A stretch of DNA of 64,000 nt from Candidatus Salinivivens marinus (GCA_038142605.1 JAYQKI010000007.1:10810-74809); one strand, 5' to 3'; shown: positions 49,212 through 64,000, counted from the first letter of the stretch. Translations and numbers: made by a program. The notes: a model not told the origin generated them from the letters alone.

Positions 49212-50513
49212 ATGTTACGTAAAATTTCTATACTTATCGAAAAATTCTGGAGCAATTATTTTCCCAGTAGGCAACTGTTACTAAAAACGGGATCAGATAC
49301 TAAATTTTTTACTCTCAGTTCATCCACTCAAGCTATAATTATCTTTGCAGTATTTATTTTTGTAGGTTGGTCACTTTTCTCTTCGCTAATTTTTACTTTC
49401 AAAGCGCTGAATTTAGGGGTTAAAGAAGACTATTTCGCCAGATCAAACGTGAATTACGAAGATCGAATTGAACAAATATCAGATGAAAAATATTCATATT
49501 TCCAAAGAGTTAAAGATGCGGAAGCGAAACTAAGAGAAGCATTGGAAGCAATTGAAGACTTCCAGGTTGAGATAACAAAAGCACAAATACGAGAAGAAGA
49601 ATTGCAATCAGGCATTCTGATACTACAAGAGCTTATAAAACAAACAAAAAATAATAACTTTGCGGGGTTAGAAGAACAAAAGAACCGCCTCAATAACGTG
49701 ACTGGTCTGCAACAAGAAAATACGATCAACACACTACCACGAATATCCATTCTAATGTCACTATTGGAGGAGACTGTCAAAGAGCGCGATGACATTAAAG
49801 CAAAATTAGTAAAAGCATTAAAAAAAGTTGATCAACTGTCATATGAAGCAGACTTGTCTCAACAAAACAACGAACAAATATTCAGACAAATTGAAGAAGC
49901 ATTAGTAATATCCGTCAAACCATTGGAAAAAATGTTTAAATCTGTCGGCCTTGATTTAAATAGTATACTAAATGTAATAAGAAATACTTATTCTGGATAT
50001 GGGGGGCCAAATCTACCAATTTCAAAACTCCCAATAGACAGCTTGACTAATAATGAAAAATTAGCAGCCAAGATGGTAGACCAAATCTTAGAGCTCGGCG
50101 CTTGGCGAATAGCAGTGCAAAAAATACCATTTGCGCATCCTTTAAATGAAACTTTCCAATACACATCCGGTTTTGGACCGCGTTGGGGTACAATGCACTA
50201 TGGTACTGATATGGCTGCAAAACACGGGAGTGCAATCCTGGCCACAGCGGACGGTGTTATTAATTTCGCCGGGTGGGAAAAAGGTTATGGCAAATTAATA
50301 AAAATAAAACATGACTTCGGTTATGAAACGCGGTATGCTCACTTGTCAAAAATTAGTGTAAGCGTGGGTCAAAGAATTTCTCAAGGCGACCGGATTGGCA
50401 AAATGGGTAATACTGGCAGATCTACTGGAACGCATTTACATTATGAAATTCGAAGAAATGGTAAACCGATAAATCCAATGAAATACATCAGGGCGAGACA
50501 AAATGTTTTCTAA
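49212..50513 (+). CDS. M23 (LytM-domain) metallopeptidase with N-terminal TM helix and coiled coil
   Basis: 433 aa with the HYGTDMAA (HxxxD) and GNTGRSTGTHLHYE (HxH) LytM catalytic motifs and a central heptad-rich region. Confidence 0.85.
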   Translation: MLRKISILIEKFWSNYFPSRQLLLKTGSDTKFFTLSSSTQAIIIFAVFIFVGWSLFSSLIFTFKALNLGVKEDYFARSNVNYEDRIEQISDEKYSYFQRVKDAEAKLREALEAIEDFQVEITKAQIREEELQSGILILQELIKQTKNNNFAGLEEQKNRLNNVTGLQQENTINTLPRISILMSLLEETVKERDDIKAKLVKALKKVDQLSYEADLSQQNNEQIFRQIEEALVISVKPLEKMFKSVGLDLNSILNVIRNTYSGYGGPNLPISKLPIDSLTNNEKLAAKMVDQILELGAWRIAVQKIPFAHPLNETFQYTSGFGPRWGTMHYGTDMAAKHGSAILATADGVINFAGWEKGYGKLIKIKHDFGYETRYAHLSKISVSVGQRISQGDRIGKMGNTGRSTGTHLHYEIRRNGKPINPMKYIRARQNVF

Positions 50514-51057
50514 AACCAAACTAACAGACCAGAAAAAAAGTAGCGATGCTGCAACACCAGTAATATCAGACGCACCGAGTGAAGAAAAAGAACGAAGTTT
50601 TTCAGCTCCTTTTTCTCGGTCTAAGCCTGCGGCATCTATTCTTTCGGAAGACTTAAAAGTGATCGGCAACATTAAAACCCTTGGGGATATTCAAGTGGAA
50701 GGCCTGGTAGAAGGAGATATTAAAGCTCATCTATTAACCATTGGTGAAAGCGCCACTATCAAAGGAGAAGTAGTTGCAGACGATGTCGTTATAAATGGTC
50801 GAATTGTTGGCCGTGTAAGAGGTTTAAAAGTAAGGCTCACATCCACCGCACGCGTAGAGGGAGACATAATCCATAAAACGATCGCAATTGAGTCTGGAGC
50901 GCACTTTGAAGGTTCAGTGCAAAGACAGGATGATCCCATTAACCAAAATGCAAAAAATAGTAAAAATGAGGCAGCCTCACCCGACCCTTCTAAGATGAAG
51001 CAAGTTTCGGCAAATGGGTCGGGCTCAAATCCCTCCTCACCAAAAATCATTTCATAA
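50503..51057 (+). CDS. Bactofilin (DUF583) cytoskeletal protein
   Basis: 184 aa with a central beta-helical repeat core (IGNIKTLGDIQVEGLVEGDIKA...INGRIVGRVRG...VEGDIIHKTIAIESGAHFEGSV) flanked by disordered termini. It overlaps the M23 gene by 11 nt. Confidence 0.85.
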   Translation: MFSKTKLTDQKKSSDAATPVISDAPSEEKERSFSAPFSRSKPAASILSEDLKVIGNIKTLGDIQVEGLVEGDIKAHLLTIGESATIKGEVVADDVVINGRIVGRVRGLKVRLTSTARVEGDIIHKTIAIESGAHFEGSVQRQDDPINQNAKNSKNEAASPDPSKMKQVSANGSGSNPSSPKIIS

Positions 51058-51060
51058 AAT

Positions 51061-51486
51061 TTAGGTTTGAGCTTTTGGCCTGTAATATGTGATTGAAGAC
51101 CTTGCTAAAAGGGCTTCCTTTTCAGATGATTTAACTAGCACCTCTCCAACTACTAAAGTTTTACCTAATTTTAAAAGATTACAGTCGGCAAATAGCTCCT
51201 CATCCATTGTAGGTTTTTTTAGAAAATCTATAGAACAATTTGTGGTCACGGCCAGAGGCTCCTTGCCAATATGCGCCAGAAGCAAAATATACATTCCGAT
51301 ATCAACAAGACTAAAAATCGTTGGACCGGAAACTGTTCCTCCTGGTCGCAAATTTTCTTGTGTTATATTTTGAATAACTCTTGCATATCCCTGCTGCAGA
51401 TCAACAATTCTATACCTATTAACTACCTGCGGAAAAACTTCGTCTAGGTAGCTTGATAATTCTGAAATTGAAAATTGTAATTTCAT
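51061..51486 (-). CDS. PaaI/4HBT-family hotdog thioesterase
   Basis: 141 aa with a hotdog-fold pattern (PGGTVSGPTIFSLVD). Confidence 0.65.
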   Translation of the reverse strand: MKLQFSISELSSYLDEVFPQVVNRYRIVDLQQGYARVIQNITQENLRPGGTVSGPTIFSLVDIGMYILLLAHIGKEPLAVTTNCSIDFLKKPTMDEELFADCNLLKLGKTLVVGEVLVKSSEKEALLARSSITYYRPKAQT

Positions 51487-51543
51487 TGATACCTCGGTAC
51501 AAAACTCTAATTACATATGGAATAAATCTAGAAAGAGAACAAG

Positions 51544-52329
51544 ATGAGTCTGGTCGAGAGAATTGATCGCGGTGCAATCTGTAGGTTATTACTTAACCAG
51601 CCCAGTAGATTAAATGTACTTTCAGATAATTTACTGAATGCTCTGCAAGAGGAACTTGATAGCGTAAATAAAAGTAATAACATACGTTGTGTTATTATTT
51701 CAGGAGCTGGGAATGGTTTCTGTGCTGGTCATGATCTTAAGGAAATGACTAAGCAAAGGCAAAATCCTGATGGCGGAGTCGGTTATTTTCAGGATCTGTT
51801 TGTAAGATGCTCAAAAATGATGACTACTATTCAATCTTTGCCACAACCTGTAATTGCACAAGTCCATGGCATTGCAACAGCTGCTGGTTGTCAACTTGTA
51901 GCAAGTTGTGATTTAGCAGTTGCAGATGAAAGTGCGCGCTTTGGCGTAAACGGCGTTAATATTGGACTGTTTTGTTCCACACCAATGGTAGCTCTAACAC
52001 GAGCGGTTGGACGCAAAAAAGCTTTCGAGATGCTTGTGACAGGGCAATTTATTGAAGCGAAAGAAGCTAAGGAAATTGGTTTAATCAACAAGGTTTCTAA
52101 AATTGGTAAACTGGAAGAGACAGCAGATGAATTAGCGTTGCAAATAGCTAGTAAACTGGGTGATGCAGTTAAAATAGGGAAAGAGGCATTCTACAAACAA
52201 GCTGAAATGAGCATAAATGATGCCTACTCTTATACTGGTGCTGTGATGGCAGAAAATATGATGTTCGAGCAAACAAAGAAGGGAATTAACCTTTTCTTAG
52301 ATAAGAAAATACCAGAATGGGACCAATGA
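51544..52329 (+). CDS. Enoyl-CoA hydratase/isomerase family protein
   Basis: 261 aa with crotonase motifs (FCAGHDLKE, PVIAQVHG.ATAAGCQL). Confidence 0.85.
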   Translation: MSLVERIDRGAICRLLLNQPSRLNVLSDNLLNALQEELDSVNKSNNIRCVIISGAGNGFCAGHDLKEMTKQRQNPDGGVGYFQDLFVRCSKMMTTIQSLPQPVIAQVHGIATAAGCQLVASCDLAVADESARFGVNGVNIGLFCSTPMVALTRAVGRKKAFEMLVTGQFIEAKEAKEIGLINKVSKIGKLEETADELALQIASKLGDAVKIGKEAFYKQAEMSINDAYSYTGAVMAENMMFEQTKKGINLFLDKKIPEWDQ

Positions 52330-52360
52330 TCTCATTAATTAATTACATTGCAGGTAAAAT

Positions 52361-53707
52361 ATGAAGACATCAAAAATCCTTACAATTATTGGTGGGGGAA
52401 TGGCAGGGTGTGAGGCTGCATGGCAAGCTGCTAATATGGGAGTCAAGGTCGATTTGTATGAAATGAGGCCGAAAGTAAAAACATTTGCACATAATACAGA
52501 TTATTTGGGTGAAATGGTTTGTTCGAACTCCTTTAGGTCAGACGATAACGAATATAATGCCGTTGGCCTTCTGCACTGGGAAATGTACGAAGGGAATGGC
52601 TTAATTATTAAATCTGCAATTGATAATAGACTTCCAGCCGGAGGTGCTTTGGCAGTTGATAGAGATAATTTTGCAAAATGCATCACAAATAAAATAAACC
52701 AACACCCTAATATAAGGGTAATTAACGATGAAAATGTCGAATTAGAACATTTTGATAAGGTAATCGTTGCGACAGGTCCATTAACCTCGAAAAGACTAGC
52801 AGATCGTATAAGAAAACTAACGGGCAATGATGCCTTATCATTTTATGATGCGATCGCCCCAATCGTATACAAAGACTCCATTGATATGTCCAAAGCATGG
52901 ATGCAATCGCGATACGATAAGGGCGAAACAGAGCAAGAAAGAAAAGCATATTTAAACTGCCCAATGACAAAAATTCAGTATGAAAATTTTATAGATGCCT
53001 TATTGGAGGCCGAAAAAACTGAATTTCGCGAAGAAGAACACATTGAATACTTTAATGGCTGCTTACCAATTGAAGTTATGGCAGAGCGTGGACGGGAAAC
53101 CTTGAGATTTGGACCAATGAAACCAGTTGGCTTAACAAACCCAAATAGCAAAGAAAAACCATATGCTGTCGTTCAATTGAGGAAAGACAATGCTATAGGC
53201 ACACTGTATAATATCGTTGGTTTTCAAACAAAGATGAAATACGGAGCTCAAAAAAGCGTTTTTTCTATGATACCCGGGTTAGAAAATGCAAATTTTGCGC
53301 GATTGGGCGGGATCCACCGGAATACATTTCTAAACTCACCCCAATTATTAGATAGAGAAATGCGCTTAAAATCATCACCAAACATTAGATTTGCCGGACA
53401 AATAACAGGAGTTGAAGGCTATGTAGAAAGTGCCGCAATGGGATTGATTGCAGGTCGCTTTGCAGCAGCTGAGATTCTGGGCCTCCAGAAAGATGAAGTC
53501 CCATCAAATACAGCCTCTGGCGCACTTTTAAACCACATCTCAGGTGGGGCAGACCATAAATCTTTTCAACCAATGAATGTGAATTTTGGCCTATTTGATC
53601 CGATTGACAGTTTGAAATCTGGCAGAAAAGCAAGAAAAACAAGATACAAAGCATATACTGATCGGGCGAAGTCCTTGTGGAAAGAGTGGGAAGCTAGCTG
53701 GCACTAG
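52361..53707 (+). CDS. trmFO: Methylenetetrahydrofolate--tRNA-(uracil54-C5)-methyltransferase TrmFO
   Basis: 448 aa with [17 protein letters not shown] binding, MVCSNSFRS and [14 protein letters not shown]. Confidence 0.9.
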   Translation: MKTSKILTIIGGGMAGCEAAWQAANMGVKVDLYEMRPKVKTFAHNTDYLGEMVCSNSFRSDDNEYNAVGLLHWEMYEGNGLIIKSAIDNRLPAGGALAVDRDNFAKCITNKINQHPNIRVINDENVELEHFDKVIVATGPLTSKRLADRIRKLTGNDALSFYDAIAPIVYKDSIDMSKAWMQSRYDKGETEQERKAYLNCPMTKIQYENFIDALLEAEKTEFREEEHIEYFNGCLPIEVMAERGRETLRFGPMKPVGLTNPNSKEKPYAVVQLRKDNAIGTLYNIVGFQTKMKYGAQKSVFSMIPGLENANFARLGGIHRNTFLNSPQLLDREMRLKSSPNIRFAGQITGVEGYVESAAMGLIAGRFAAAEILGLQKDEVPSNTASGALLNHISGGADHKSFQPMNVNFGLFDPIDSLKSGRKARKTRYKAYTDRAKSLWKEWEASWH

Positions 53708-53740
53708 ACATTAAGGAGGAAAAAGAGCTAGATTTTATGT

Positions 53741-54352
53741 ATGTGTGCGGATTTTTTGGATAAGGTGTATAAGGCCGAATACAAAGACCCTAGAGATTTA
53801 TATCGGGACTGGGCCGATACCTACGACAACGAGCTAGCTAATAACGAATATACCACGCCCATTAGAACAGCCAAAGCATTAACAAAATTTGTTTCTAATA
53901 AGTCTACATCGATATTAGATTTCGGCTGCGGTACAGGTCTGTCTGCAGAAGCTCTCATTTCATGCGGATTCTCAACTATTGATGGCATTGATATTTCAAA
54001 TGAAATGATTGAAATCGCCCGTGAAAAACGGATCTATAGAAACTTAGAGTGCTTTAATCCAGACAAAAGTATCCCAGTTAAAAAAAATGAGTATTCCATA
54101 ATTACTGCTATCGGCGTAATAAGCGTCGGCGCAGCCCCAATTTCAATATTTGATGAAGTCTTCGATTTGCTTCCTAAAGATGGATTATTTGCTTTTTCGT
54201 TCAATGAACATTCTTTAATGGTCCCAGAATACTCTTTAAAAGTTGAACAAACAGTTAATGAAAAAAAAGCAGTGCAACTATTCTGCGAACTAGGACCGCA
54301 CATTTTAAAACGAGATTTAAAGTCAATGGTATATATTATAAAAAAATTATGA
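53741..54352 (+). CDS. Class I SAM-dependent methyltransferase, substrate unknown
   Basis: 203 aa with the ILDFGCGTGL motif I. It sits between trmFO and gluQ and overlaps gluQ by 4 nt. Confidence 0.75.
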   Translation: MCADFLDKVYKAEYKDPRDLYRDWADTYDNELANNEYTTPIRTAKALTKFVSNKSTSILDFGCGTGLSAEALISCGFSTIDGIDISNEMIEIAREKRIYRNLECFNPDKSIPVKKNEYSIITAIGVISVGAAPISIFDEVFDLLPKDGLFAFSFNEHSLMVPEYSLKVEQTVNEKKAVQLFCELGPHILKRDLKSMVYIIKKL

Positions 54353-55188
54353 CTTTTATAACTCGATTTGCACCATCACCAACGGGGCCTATGCATCTTG
54401 GACATGCTTACTCTGCAATGCTGGCTTATGATATTTCACAGGAAAACGAAGGTGATTTTCATTTAAGGATTGAAGATTTAGACCAATCGAGAGCAAAAAT
54501 TCATTGGGAAGAACAAATATATGAAGATCTTAGCTGGCTGGGCATAAAATGGAATAAGACTGTTTTAAGACAATCTGAAAGATTAGACCTTTATTTCACT
54601 GAAATGTTAAAGAAAGCTGAAAATTTTGGTCTTTTCATATGCAGATGTTCTCGCGGTGATATTGCCTCAATTACGTCAGCACCACATGGGGCGGATGGGC
54701 TAGTTTATCCAGGTACATGCCGTAATGGCAAACATAGCTTCTCAACGGAAATGCGAAAAAATCCAGATTTATTGCAAAGCAATATTCGCATGCACCCAAT
54801 GCTCGATAAAACATTTTTCAATTTTCAAGAAAATATATTTCGGAAGAGCAAGCCAGCTTTCACATTTTCTGAATTTAAAAAAAGTATCGGAGACGTTGTT
54901 TTATGGAGACGAGGTTATGCAGCCTACCATTTAGCTAGCGTTATAGACGATGCACATCAAGGTGTAACGGACGTCATACGAGGAGAAGATTTATTCGAGG
55001 CAACAAAAATTCACGTCGTCATTCAGAATGTACTAGATTTGCCGACACCTAAATATCATCATCATAGGTTAATCCTTGATGAGGCAGGCCATCGACTGGC
55101 AAAGAGAAGTGATGCGCAATCAATAAAAACGTACAGAGCACTTGGGTATACCCCTGAAGATATTAGGGAATTACTAGGGTTAGTCTAG
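54349..55188 (+). CDS. gluQ: tRNA glutamyl-Q(34) synthetase (GluQRS)
   Basis: 279-aa truncated GluRS catalytic domain with RFAPSPTGPMHLGH, a Cys cluster and the LAKRS KMSKS-like motif. Confidence 0.85.
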   Translation: MTFITRFAPSPTGPMHLGHAYSAMLAYDISQENEGDFHLRIEDLDQSRAKIHWEEQIYEDLSWLGIKWNKTVLRQSERLDLYFTEMLKKAENFGLFICRCSRGDIASITSAPHGADGLVYPGTCRNGKHSFSTEMRKNPDLLQSNIRMHPMLDKTFFNFQENIFRKSKPAFTFSEFKKSIGDVVLWRRGYAAYHLASVIDDAHQGVTDVIRGEDLFEATKIHVVIQNVLDLPTPKYHHHRLILDEAGHRLAKRSDAQSIKTYRALGYTPEDIRELLGLV

Positions 55189-55219
55189 AAAATAACAAAC
55201 AAGTAAAACTAATCGATGA

Positions 55220-55579
55220 CTAGTGCTCTAATATAACAGTTTCATTTTCATTAATTAATTTATTGAAAAAACAGCTTGTTCTGTTTGTGTGACATGCCGG
55301 TCCTTTTTGCCTAACCAGGAGTAAAATTGCGTCATTATCACAATCAAAGCGAAACTCTATTAACTCTTGGGTATGCCCAGAGGTAGCTCCTTTCTCCCAC
55401 AGGGCACTACGAGAGCGAGACCAATAAGTAACACGCTTGGTCTCTAGGGTCTGCCGGATGGAGTCCACATTCATCCAAGCCAGCATTAAAACTGTTCCAG
55501 ATTCAAAATCTTGAGCGATCGCAGGTATCAACCCCTTTTCATTAAATTTTAACTGGCTTAATTCAAATTTCATTATCAT
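55220..55579 (-). CDS. hisI: Phosphoribosyl-AMP cyclohydrolase (monofunctional)
   Basis: 119 aa with LIPAIAQD, LAWMN, YWSRSR..LW.KG.TSG and CD.D. Confidence 0.9.
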   Translation of the reverse strand: MIMKFELSQLKFNEKGLIPAIAQDFESGTVLMLAWMNVDSIRQTLETKRVTYWSRSRSALWEKGATSGHTQELIEFRFDCDNDAILLLVRQKGPACHTNRTSCFFNKLINENETVILEH

Positions 55580-55652
55580 TCACTATATTGTTTTTAAAAT
55601 TATTGTATTATTTATATAACTTACAGCCAGGGGAAAAGAGTATATTTGGACA

Positions 55653-56114
55653 ATGACTAATAACAACGACCTAATCGATTTATATTCTAAGCGAATATTA
55701 GCCTTAGCAGCCGACATTGAGCATACAAAAAGGTTGGATAACCCTCAGAGCACCGTAAAAAAACGATCTCCTATGTGTGGATCAATGGTGACAGTAGATA
55801 TATGTCTAAATGAGAACAAAGTAGTTGATTATGGACATGAGGTAAAAGCCTGTGCACTTGGTCAAGCAGCCGCAAGCGTAATATCAAAATCAATTATTGG
55901 GAGTGATGTGGATCAAATACTTACTGCTCGTGAAGAATTGATAGATATGCTAACTAAAAATGGTTCTTCGCCTAATAAACCTTTTGAAGAGCTCGAAGTG
56001 CTACAACCTGCAAAAGATTTTAAAAATAGACACTCATCTATTCTCTTAACCTTTGATGCAATAGCAGATGCAATTAATGAAATAAATAAACCGGAGCCTA
56101 TAAAAACATCCTAA
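55653..56114 (+). CDS. NifU-N/IscU-like iron-sulfur cluster scaffold family protein
   Basis: 153 aa with Cys residues spaced as in the IscU/SufU fold (SPMCGS...KACALG). Confidence 0.7.
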   Translation: MTNNNDLIDLYSKRILALAADIEHTKRLDNPQSTVKKRSPMCGSMVTVDICLNENKVVDYGHEVKACALGQAAASVISKSIIGSDVDQILTAREELIDMLTKNGSSPNKPFEELEVLQPAKDFKNRHSSILLTFDAIADAINEINKPEPIKTS

Positions 56115-56142
56115 ATCTCAAATAAGATTTCATGATCCTAAT

Positions 56143-56265
56143 TTAATAGAATGATGGTAAATGAAGCCCGGCAAACAATATTAAAACCAAAGAAACACAA
56201 CCGATAGCGTCTTTTACAAAACCAATCCCGTTACCTGATAAAATATTCTTAAGTTCAGTACGCAT
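56143..56265 (-). CDS. Candidate 40-aa small membrane protein (below the ORF-track cutoff)
   Basis: ATG at 56265 is preceded by AAAGGG 7 nt upstream. The product is MRTELKNILSGNGIGFVKDAIGCVSLVLILFAGLHLPSFY, which has one hydrophobic helix. It fills an otherwise empty 244-nt gap. Confidence 0.3.
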   Translation of the reverse strand: MRTELKNILSGNGIGFVKDAIGCVSLVLILFAGLHLPSFY

Positions 56266-56358
56266 AATTAGACCCTTTGTTTATGTTTTGTTCTTTTTGC
56301 ACAAAAGGTTGCAAATGTAAAGAACTTTTTAAGAACATTTGGGGAATATTTAAATAAT

Positions 56359-60576
<4,218 letters not shown>

Positions 60577-60869
60577 CTTCAAACCTTCTTATTCAAAAAT
60601 AATTTTTACTTTAAATCCTATCTATCTCAAAGATAAAAAAAACTTCATTATCCTTTAATAGTATTAACTTAAGTGAACAATTACCATCGAAAGGTAGATT
60701 ACTAAAACATTAATGAAACCTACAGTCACTGATTATTTTCTTTAGTTGTTTATGCCAACTAAAATTGATGAGGATCAATAAATTTTGTATATTTCTTGGC
60801 TGTTAAATTAGTTAATTAAACTATATTGATCACATAGTCAGGCCAAATAGTCTTAGGAAAAGCTACCTT

Positions 60870-62000
60870 ATGGGGTTACAGAAATTAAATTCTTTAGGTT
60901 TTAAAAAACCAGAGGCTGAAACAAGAGTAGTTGTGGCAATGTCTGGGGGCGTTGATAGCTCAGTGGTAGCAGCGATGCTTAAATCAGAAGGTTATGATGT
61001 TATTGGTGTAACACTGCAACTTTACGATCATGGCGCTGCATTATCAAAAAAAGGAGCATGTTGTGCTGGTATTGATATTCACGACGCACGACGCATAGCG
61101 GAAAAATTAAATTTTCCTCATTACGTTTTAAACTATGAGAATGTATTCAAGGAAAAGGTAATTGATGAGTTTGCTGAAAGTTACCTCGCGGGAGCTACGC
61201 CGGTACCATGTATAAGATGCAATGAACGCATAAAATTTAAAGACCTTTTAGAAACTGCAAAAGATTTAAACGCAGATTGTATGGCAACCGGCCATTACAT
61301 ACGCCGCACTCAAGGCATTAATAAAGCGGAATTACATTGCGCAGTGGATAATTCTAGAGACCAAAGTTACTTTTTATTCTCCACCACAAATGAGCAACTT
61401 GAATTCTTAAGGTTTCCATTGGGAGGTCTTGGTTCAAAAAAAGAAACTCGGATGCTTGCCAAAAAATTTGATCTTAATGTGTCCGATAAACCAGATAGCC
61501 AAGATATTTGTTTCGTACCCAATGGGAATTATGCGTCTGTCATAGAAAAACTGCGTCCAGAAGCGATGGATCCCGGTGAGATTGTGGATCATGAGGGAAA
61601 TTTTGTGGGAACACATCAGGGCGTAATTAATTATACCGTAGGACAAAGACGTGGCTTGGGCATAGGAGGTTTAGAAAAACCACTTTATGTAATCAAATTA
61701 GACGTTGAAGAAAAAAAGGTGATTGTAGGACCTAAAGCTCTTTTAAAAACTACTCATGTACCGGTTGAGCAGATAAACTGGTTGGGAGATAGGTCCCTTC
61801 AGAGCAAAAAGGAGTGGCATTTATCAGTGAAGGTTCGCTCAACTAGACCACCTCGTGAGGCAATTTTAAGACCAATTAACGACTATTCTGCCTCTGTTGA
61901 GCTAGTTACTCCAGAGGAAGGAGTTTCACCTGGACAAGCCTGCGTATTTTATGAGCGAAGAGGAACTCGGGTACTTGGCGGTGGTTGGATTACTCGATGA
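60870..62000 (+). CDS. mnmA: tRNA 2-thiouridine(34) synthase MnmA
   Basis: 376 aa with the [13 protein letters not shown]-loop, catalytic Cys motifs, DQSYFL and the C-terminal GGG.I. Confidence 0.95.
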   Translation: MGLQKLNSLGFKKPEAETRVVVAMSGGVDSSVVAAMLKSEGYDVIGVTLQLYDHGAALSKKGACCAGIDIHDARRIAEKLNFPHYVLNYENVFKEKVIDEFAESYLAGATPVPCIRCNERIKFKDLLETAKDLNADCMATGHYIRRTQGINKAELHCAVDNSRDQSYFLFSTTNEQLEFLRFPLGGLGSKKETRMLAKKFDLNVSDKPDSQDICFVPNGNYASVIEKLRPEAMDPGEIVDHEGNFVGTHQGVINYTVGQRRGLGIGGLEKPLYVIKLDVEEKKVIVGPKALLKTTHVPVEQINWLGDRSLQSKKEWHLSVKVRSTRPPREAILRPINDYSASVELVTPEEGVSPGQACVFYERRGTRVLGGGWITR

Positions 62001-62017
62001 AAAAATTGATTTGAAGA

Positions 62018-63004
62018 TCACTCAGAGCTGCGAGTATTGATAAAACTGTACTCTGTAATTTGTTTATATATTTCTCCGGCCCTTAAGAATGCATTCGGGA
62101 ACCCCTCGTTATTTGGGCTATCCGGCCAAAGTTGTGGTTCTAAGGCGATTCCTTGAAATGGCTTCAACGGAGGACTAAGTGACGAGCCAGTATAAACTTG
62201 TAAACCCGGCTCTGTTGTAGAGAGAACCATTTTGCATCCAGAAGCTACCAACTCTGCAACCTCACACAACTCAGTCGCGCTAGAAGAAAAACAAAAATTG
62301 TTATCTAACGAAGCTACAGACCCACACTGATCTGAAAGTTTCGTCTCTCTTCGAAAATCAAACTTTGATCCACCAACATTTAATAATCTTCCAGTGGGTA
62401 ATTTATTATTATCGACCTCAACAATTTCATCAGATTTAACCAAAAGGTAATGGTTTTTTAAGTTACCGGAGTAATCTAAATTGAAGTAACTATGATTGGT
62501 AAAGTTACACAGGCTTATTTGAGGAGTTCTGGCTTCGATAATTATTTTTAATTTAGCACCATCTAACTCATATCTCACCTTCACAGACAAACTTCCACCA
62601 AACCCCATGTCTCCATCATTGAATTGATATGAAAGTTCAACAAAATCATAATCATAGTTCTCTATTTTCCAAGGCGCATTGTGGCAAGATTGAGAGCCAC
62701 CGTGCAGGGTGGTCGAAAATTCGTTTTTATCTAGTTCAAATTCCTTAGATTCAAAAAAATATTGACCATTGGAAATACGATTAGCATATCGTCCAATTAT
62801 TACGCCTAAGTAGTTTTTATCAGAAAAATAATCTTGAAGAGAAGTATACCCTAGAACTATTGAATTTTCAAAACCCTTGAACCTAAGGTCTTTGAGAGTT
62901 GCTCCAAAATTAAGTATTTCAGCCTGCAATATGTCGCTCTCTAAACTAATCGAAAAGACATCAAAGCCTTGATTATGTGTCCCTATTTTTGAAATGCCCG
63001 GCAT
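62018..63004 (-). CDS. galM: Aldose 1-epimerase (galactose mutarotase family)
   Basis: 328 aa with GRYANRI, LHGG, FTNHSYFNL and the (A)LEPQ motifs. Confidence 0.85.
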   Translation of the reverse strand: MPGISKIGTHNQGFDVFSISLESDILQAEILNFGATLKDLRFKGFENSIVLGYTSLQDYFSDKNYLGVIIGRYANRISNGQYFFESKEFELDKNEFSTTLHGGSQSCHNAPWKIENYDYDFVELSYQFNDGDMGFGGSLSVKVRYELDGAKLKIIIEARTPQISLCNFTNHSYFNLDYSGNLKNHYLLVKSDEIVEVDNNKLPTGRLLNVGGSKFDFRRETKLSDQCGSVASLDNNFCFSSSATELCEVAELVASGCKMVLSTTEPGLQVYTGSSLSPPLKPFQGIALEPQLWPDSPNNEGFPNAFLRAGEIYKQITEYSFINTRSSE

Positions 63005-63053
63005 TTAGCAAAATAAATTTTGTCGATAATTACTTTTGACCAATAAGAAAATC

Positions 63054-64000
63054 CTAAAGCTCCCCAGAAAACAACTTATTACGTGCTTGTTGTAGTTTTT
63101 TAAAATCTTCTCCAGCATGATAGGATGAACGCGTTAAAGGAGTTGCAGATACCATTAAAAAACCTTTACCCAAAGCTGCTTTTTCATAAGATAAAAATTC
63201 ATCTGGATTTACAAATCGATCAACTTTGTGGTGTTTAGGAGTGGGCTGCAAGTATTGGCCTATAGTTAAAAAATCTATGTCTGCCGCCCTCATATCATCC
63301 ATAACCTGTAGCACTGCCTGTCTGTCTTCACCCAAACCTACCATTATCCCTGATTTAGTGAACATCGTTGGGGCTATTTCTTTTACCCGCTGAAGCAGAC
63401 GTAGAGAATGAAAATATCGAGCCCCTGGCCTAACTTCAGGATACAGACCAGGAACTGTCTCTAAATTATGATTAAAAACGTCTGGAGCTGCTTTTACAAC
63501 AATATCTAAAACGGTATCGTCACACTTCAGAAAATCTGGTGTCAGTATTTCGATCGTCGTATTGGGACATTTATTACGAATAGCTTTTATTGTCTTTGCA
63601 AAATGCTGCGCACCACCATCCTCCAAATCATCTCTATCAACTGACGTAATGACTACATGGCTTAACCCAAGCTTTTGAACCGTATCCGCTACTCTAACAG
63701 GTTCAAAAACATCAAGTCCCGCTGGCCGTCCGGTCGCAATATTACAAAAAGTACAACCACGTGTGCAAATGTCACCCATGATCATCATAGTCGCGTGCCC
63801 TTGGCTCCAACACTCACCAACATTGGGGCACCCCGCCTCCTCGCAAACGGTGACTAATCCATTCTCTCGGATCAAATTCTTTGTTTTTAAATACTCTTTA
63901 CTCGTTGGTGCTTTAACCCGTATCCAACTCGGTTTTTTAGGTTGCTCATTGTCCGACCGATGTGCTTTTTCCGGGTGGCGCTCTGCTGGAATTTTTAAAT
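63054..64000 (-). CDS. lipA: Lipoyl synthase (5' end runs off the window)
   Basis: Radical-SAM motif [10 protein letters not shown] plus the N-terminal CEEAGCPN cluster. The frame stays open upstream of the track's start to position 64000 (..[24 protein letters not shown]..). Confidence 0.92.
   Translation of the reverse strand, partial: LKIPAERHPEKAHRSDNEQPKKPSWIRVKAPTSKEYLKTKNLIRENGLVTVCEEAGCPNVGECWSQGHATMMIMGDICTRGCTFCNIATGRPAGLDVFEPVRVADTVQKLGLSHVVITSVDRDDLEDGGAQHFAKTIKAIRNKCPNTTIEILTPDFLKCDDTVLDIVVKAAPDVFNHNLETVPGLYPEVRPGARYFHSLRLLQRVKEIAPTMFTKSGIMVGLGEDRQAVLQVMDDMRAADIDFLTIGQYLQPTPKHHKVDRFVNPDEFLSYEKAALGKGFLMVSATPLTRSSYHAGEDFKKLQQARNKLFSGEL

Noticed and set aside
60577-60869. 293-nt AT-rich ligA/mnmA divergent intergenic region, scanned for small ORFs, repeats or RNA genes
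   Set aside because: I found only short (4-5 bp) hairpins and a 10-codon ORF. The region is consistent with two divergent promoters.

Overview
AT-rich, tightly packed chromosomal segment that looks like a marine alphaproteobacterium. The evidence is a circularly permuted two-piece tmRNA, the alphaproteobacterial synteny dusB-ntrBC-ntrYX-trkAH-hfq-hflX, and the genes ispD/ispF-pgpA-cinA, rne, fumC, lpdA, recG, ligA and lipA. Most of the window is housekeeping. It is rich in tRNA/rRNA modification genes (dusB, rlmE, queA, trmFO, gluQ, mnmA). Two accessory metabolic modules for osmolyte catabolism stand out. (1) A dmdA-acuI DMSP demethylation pair (153-2258) sits in a same-strand array with an uncharacterised Cys-rich DUF1326/DUF2182 pair. 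(2) A gamma-butyrobetaine/L-carnitine to glycine-betaine island (29083-36218) holds a CaiD-like hydratase, an ADP-forming acyl-CoA synthetase, an acyl-CoA dehydrogenase, a carnitine dehydrogenase-thioesterase fusion, an SDR and a BKACE/DUF849 cleavage enzyme. A metF-like gene plus a stand-alone pterin-binding methyltransferase (38485-40791) fits the same one-carbon theme. Three single-base frameshifts share one sequence signature: two in the acyl-CoA dehydrogenase and one in the normally essential ligA. They may be sequencing artefacts rather than real pseudogenes. Both AAA+ response regulators (NtrC, NtrX) lack the GAFTGA sigma-54 contact motif. I recognised no rRNA, tRNA, CRISPR array, transposase, integrase or defence system by eye. 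I see no convincing wholly novel multi-gene system. The best candidates for new biology are the DUF1326/DUF2182-dmdA linkage and the composition of the carnitine island.
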